Assembly (NCBI GenBank): GCA_014654065.1
Contig: JACWDM010000004.1
Coordinates: 31,080-95,079, forward strand
DNA length: 64,000 nt
DNA from: Pelagibacterales bacterium SAG-MED15
GTDB lineage: Bacteria > Pseudomonadota > Alphaproteobacteria > Pelagibacterales > Pelagibacteraceae
Direction of reading: 5' to 3'
The notes beneath the pieces are model-generated. The model saw only the letters and a list, made by a program, of their open reading frames with translations, did no database searches and was not told the DNA's origin. The position numbers and the translations under genes were made by a program. The stretch's first letter is position 1, and every line of letters begins with the position of its first letter. Positions 63,946 to 64,000 of the stretch are shown piece by piece.

Positions 63946-64000
63946 CAATTAATTATCTCTAATTATAGTTTTTTTCATAAGCTTAAAATTATGGAATCAA

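Noticed and set aside
1-64000. I looked for CRISPR arrays, defence systems, toxin-antitoxin pairs, transposases, integrases and prophage genes.
   Set aside because: I saw no direct-repeat/spacer architecture and no ORF with recombinase, nuclease-helicase or phage structural motifs. Every sizeable ORF has a metabolic, transport, envelope or housekeeping reading.
63946-64000. Possible gene starts in the last 55 nt: ATG at 63992 on the plus strand, and a tiny minus-strand ORF from about 63979.
   Set aside because: The region is too short to evaluate. The minus-strand ORF is only about 9 codons long, and the plus-strand ORF runs off the edge after 3 codons.

Overview
The window is very AT-rich and extremely gene-dense. 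Intergenic gaps are mostly 0-60 nt, and many stop/start overlaps are of the ATGA or TAATG type. It looks like a streamlined marine alphaproteobacterium of the SAR11/Pelagibacterales type; this is inferred from composition and gene content, not from a search. I call about 70 CDS and one tRNA (anticodon CAT). I recognise no rRNA, CRISPR array, transposase, integrase, prophage or known defence genes. The content falls into six blocks. (1) 1-7.6 kb holds a dusA fragment, a TRAP transporter, and divergent from it a class III CoA-transferase, an aldehyde dehydrogenase, a VOC protein, a homocysteine S-methyltransferase and a DddQ-like cupin; this is a candidate sulfonium/acrylate module. (2) 7.6-24.2 kb is an osmolyte and quaternary-amine block: an Fe-ADH/amidase/DMT operon, a ProVWX-type betaine ABC system with a tandem-fused permease, a gamma-butyrobetaine hydroxylase, a carnitine dehydrogenase plus BKACE, and an aldolase-like/TauD-like/GMC oxidoreductase trio. 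(3) 24.2-33.9 kb holds rpoZ, miscellaneous genes and an LPS-core-like glycosyltransferase set. (4) 34.0-41.1 kb holds one minus-strand string, comprising an MTA-recycling operon, a fused AdoMet decarboxylase/aminopropyltransferase and a basic amino acid ABC importer, followed by a divergently transcribed plus-strand apt. (5) 41.2-50.3 kb is a visibly more AT-rich surface-glycan island carrying a dTDP-sugar pathway, a C-methyltransferase, GT2 genes and tandem GT17 genes, wrapped around the tRNA. (6) 50.3-64 kb holds a BASS transporter, a dual-wHTH protein, a taurine-type locus (aminotransferase-ald divergent from a tauABC-like system) with an embedded SET-domain gene and a dimethylglycine/sarcosine dehydrogenase, then a PQQ-type dehydrogenase and an Ldh_2-family gene. 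The items most worth following up are the MTA-recycling/polyamine operon with two unassigned inserted genes, the methyltransferase-DddQ-like pair, the operon-embedded SET-domain protein, and the ABC permease with a ~400 aa N-terminal extension. All functional calls rest on my reading of motifs in the supplied translations. No database search was run.
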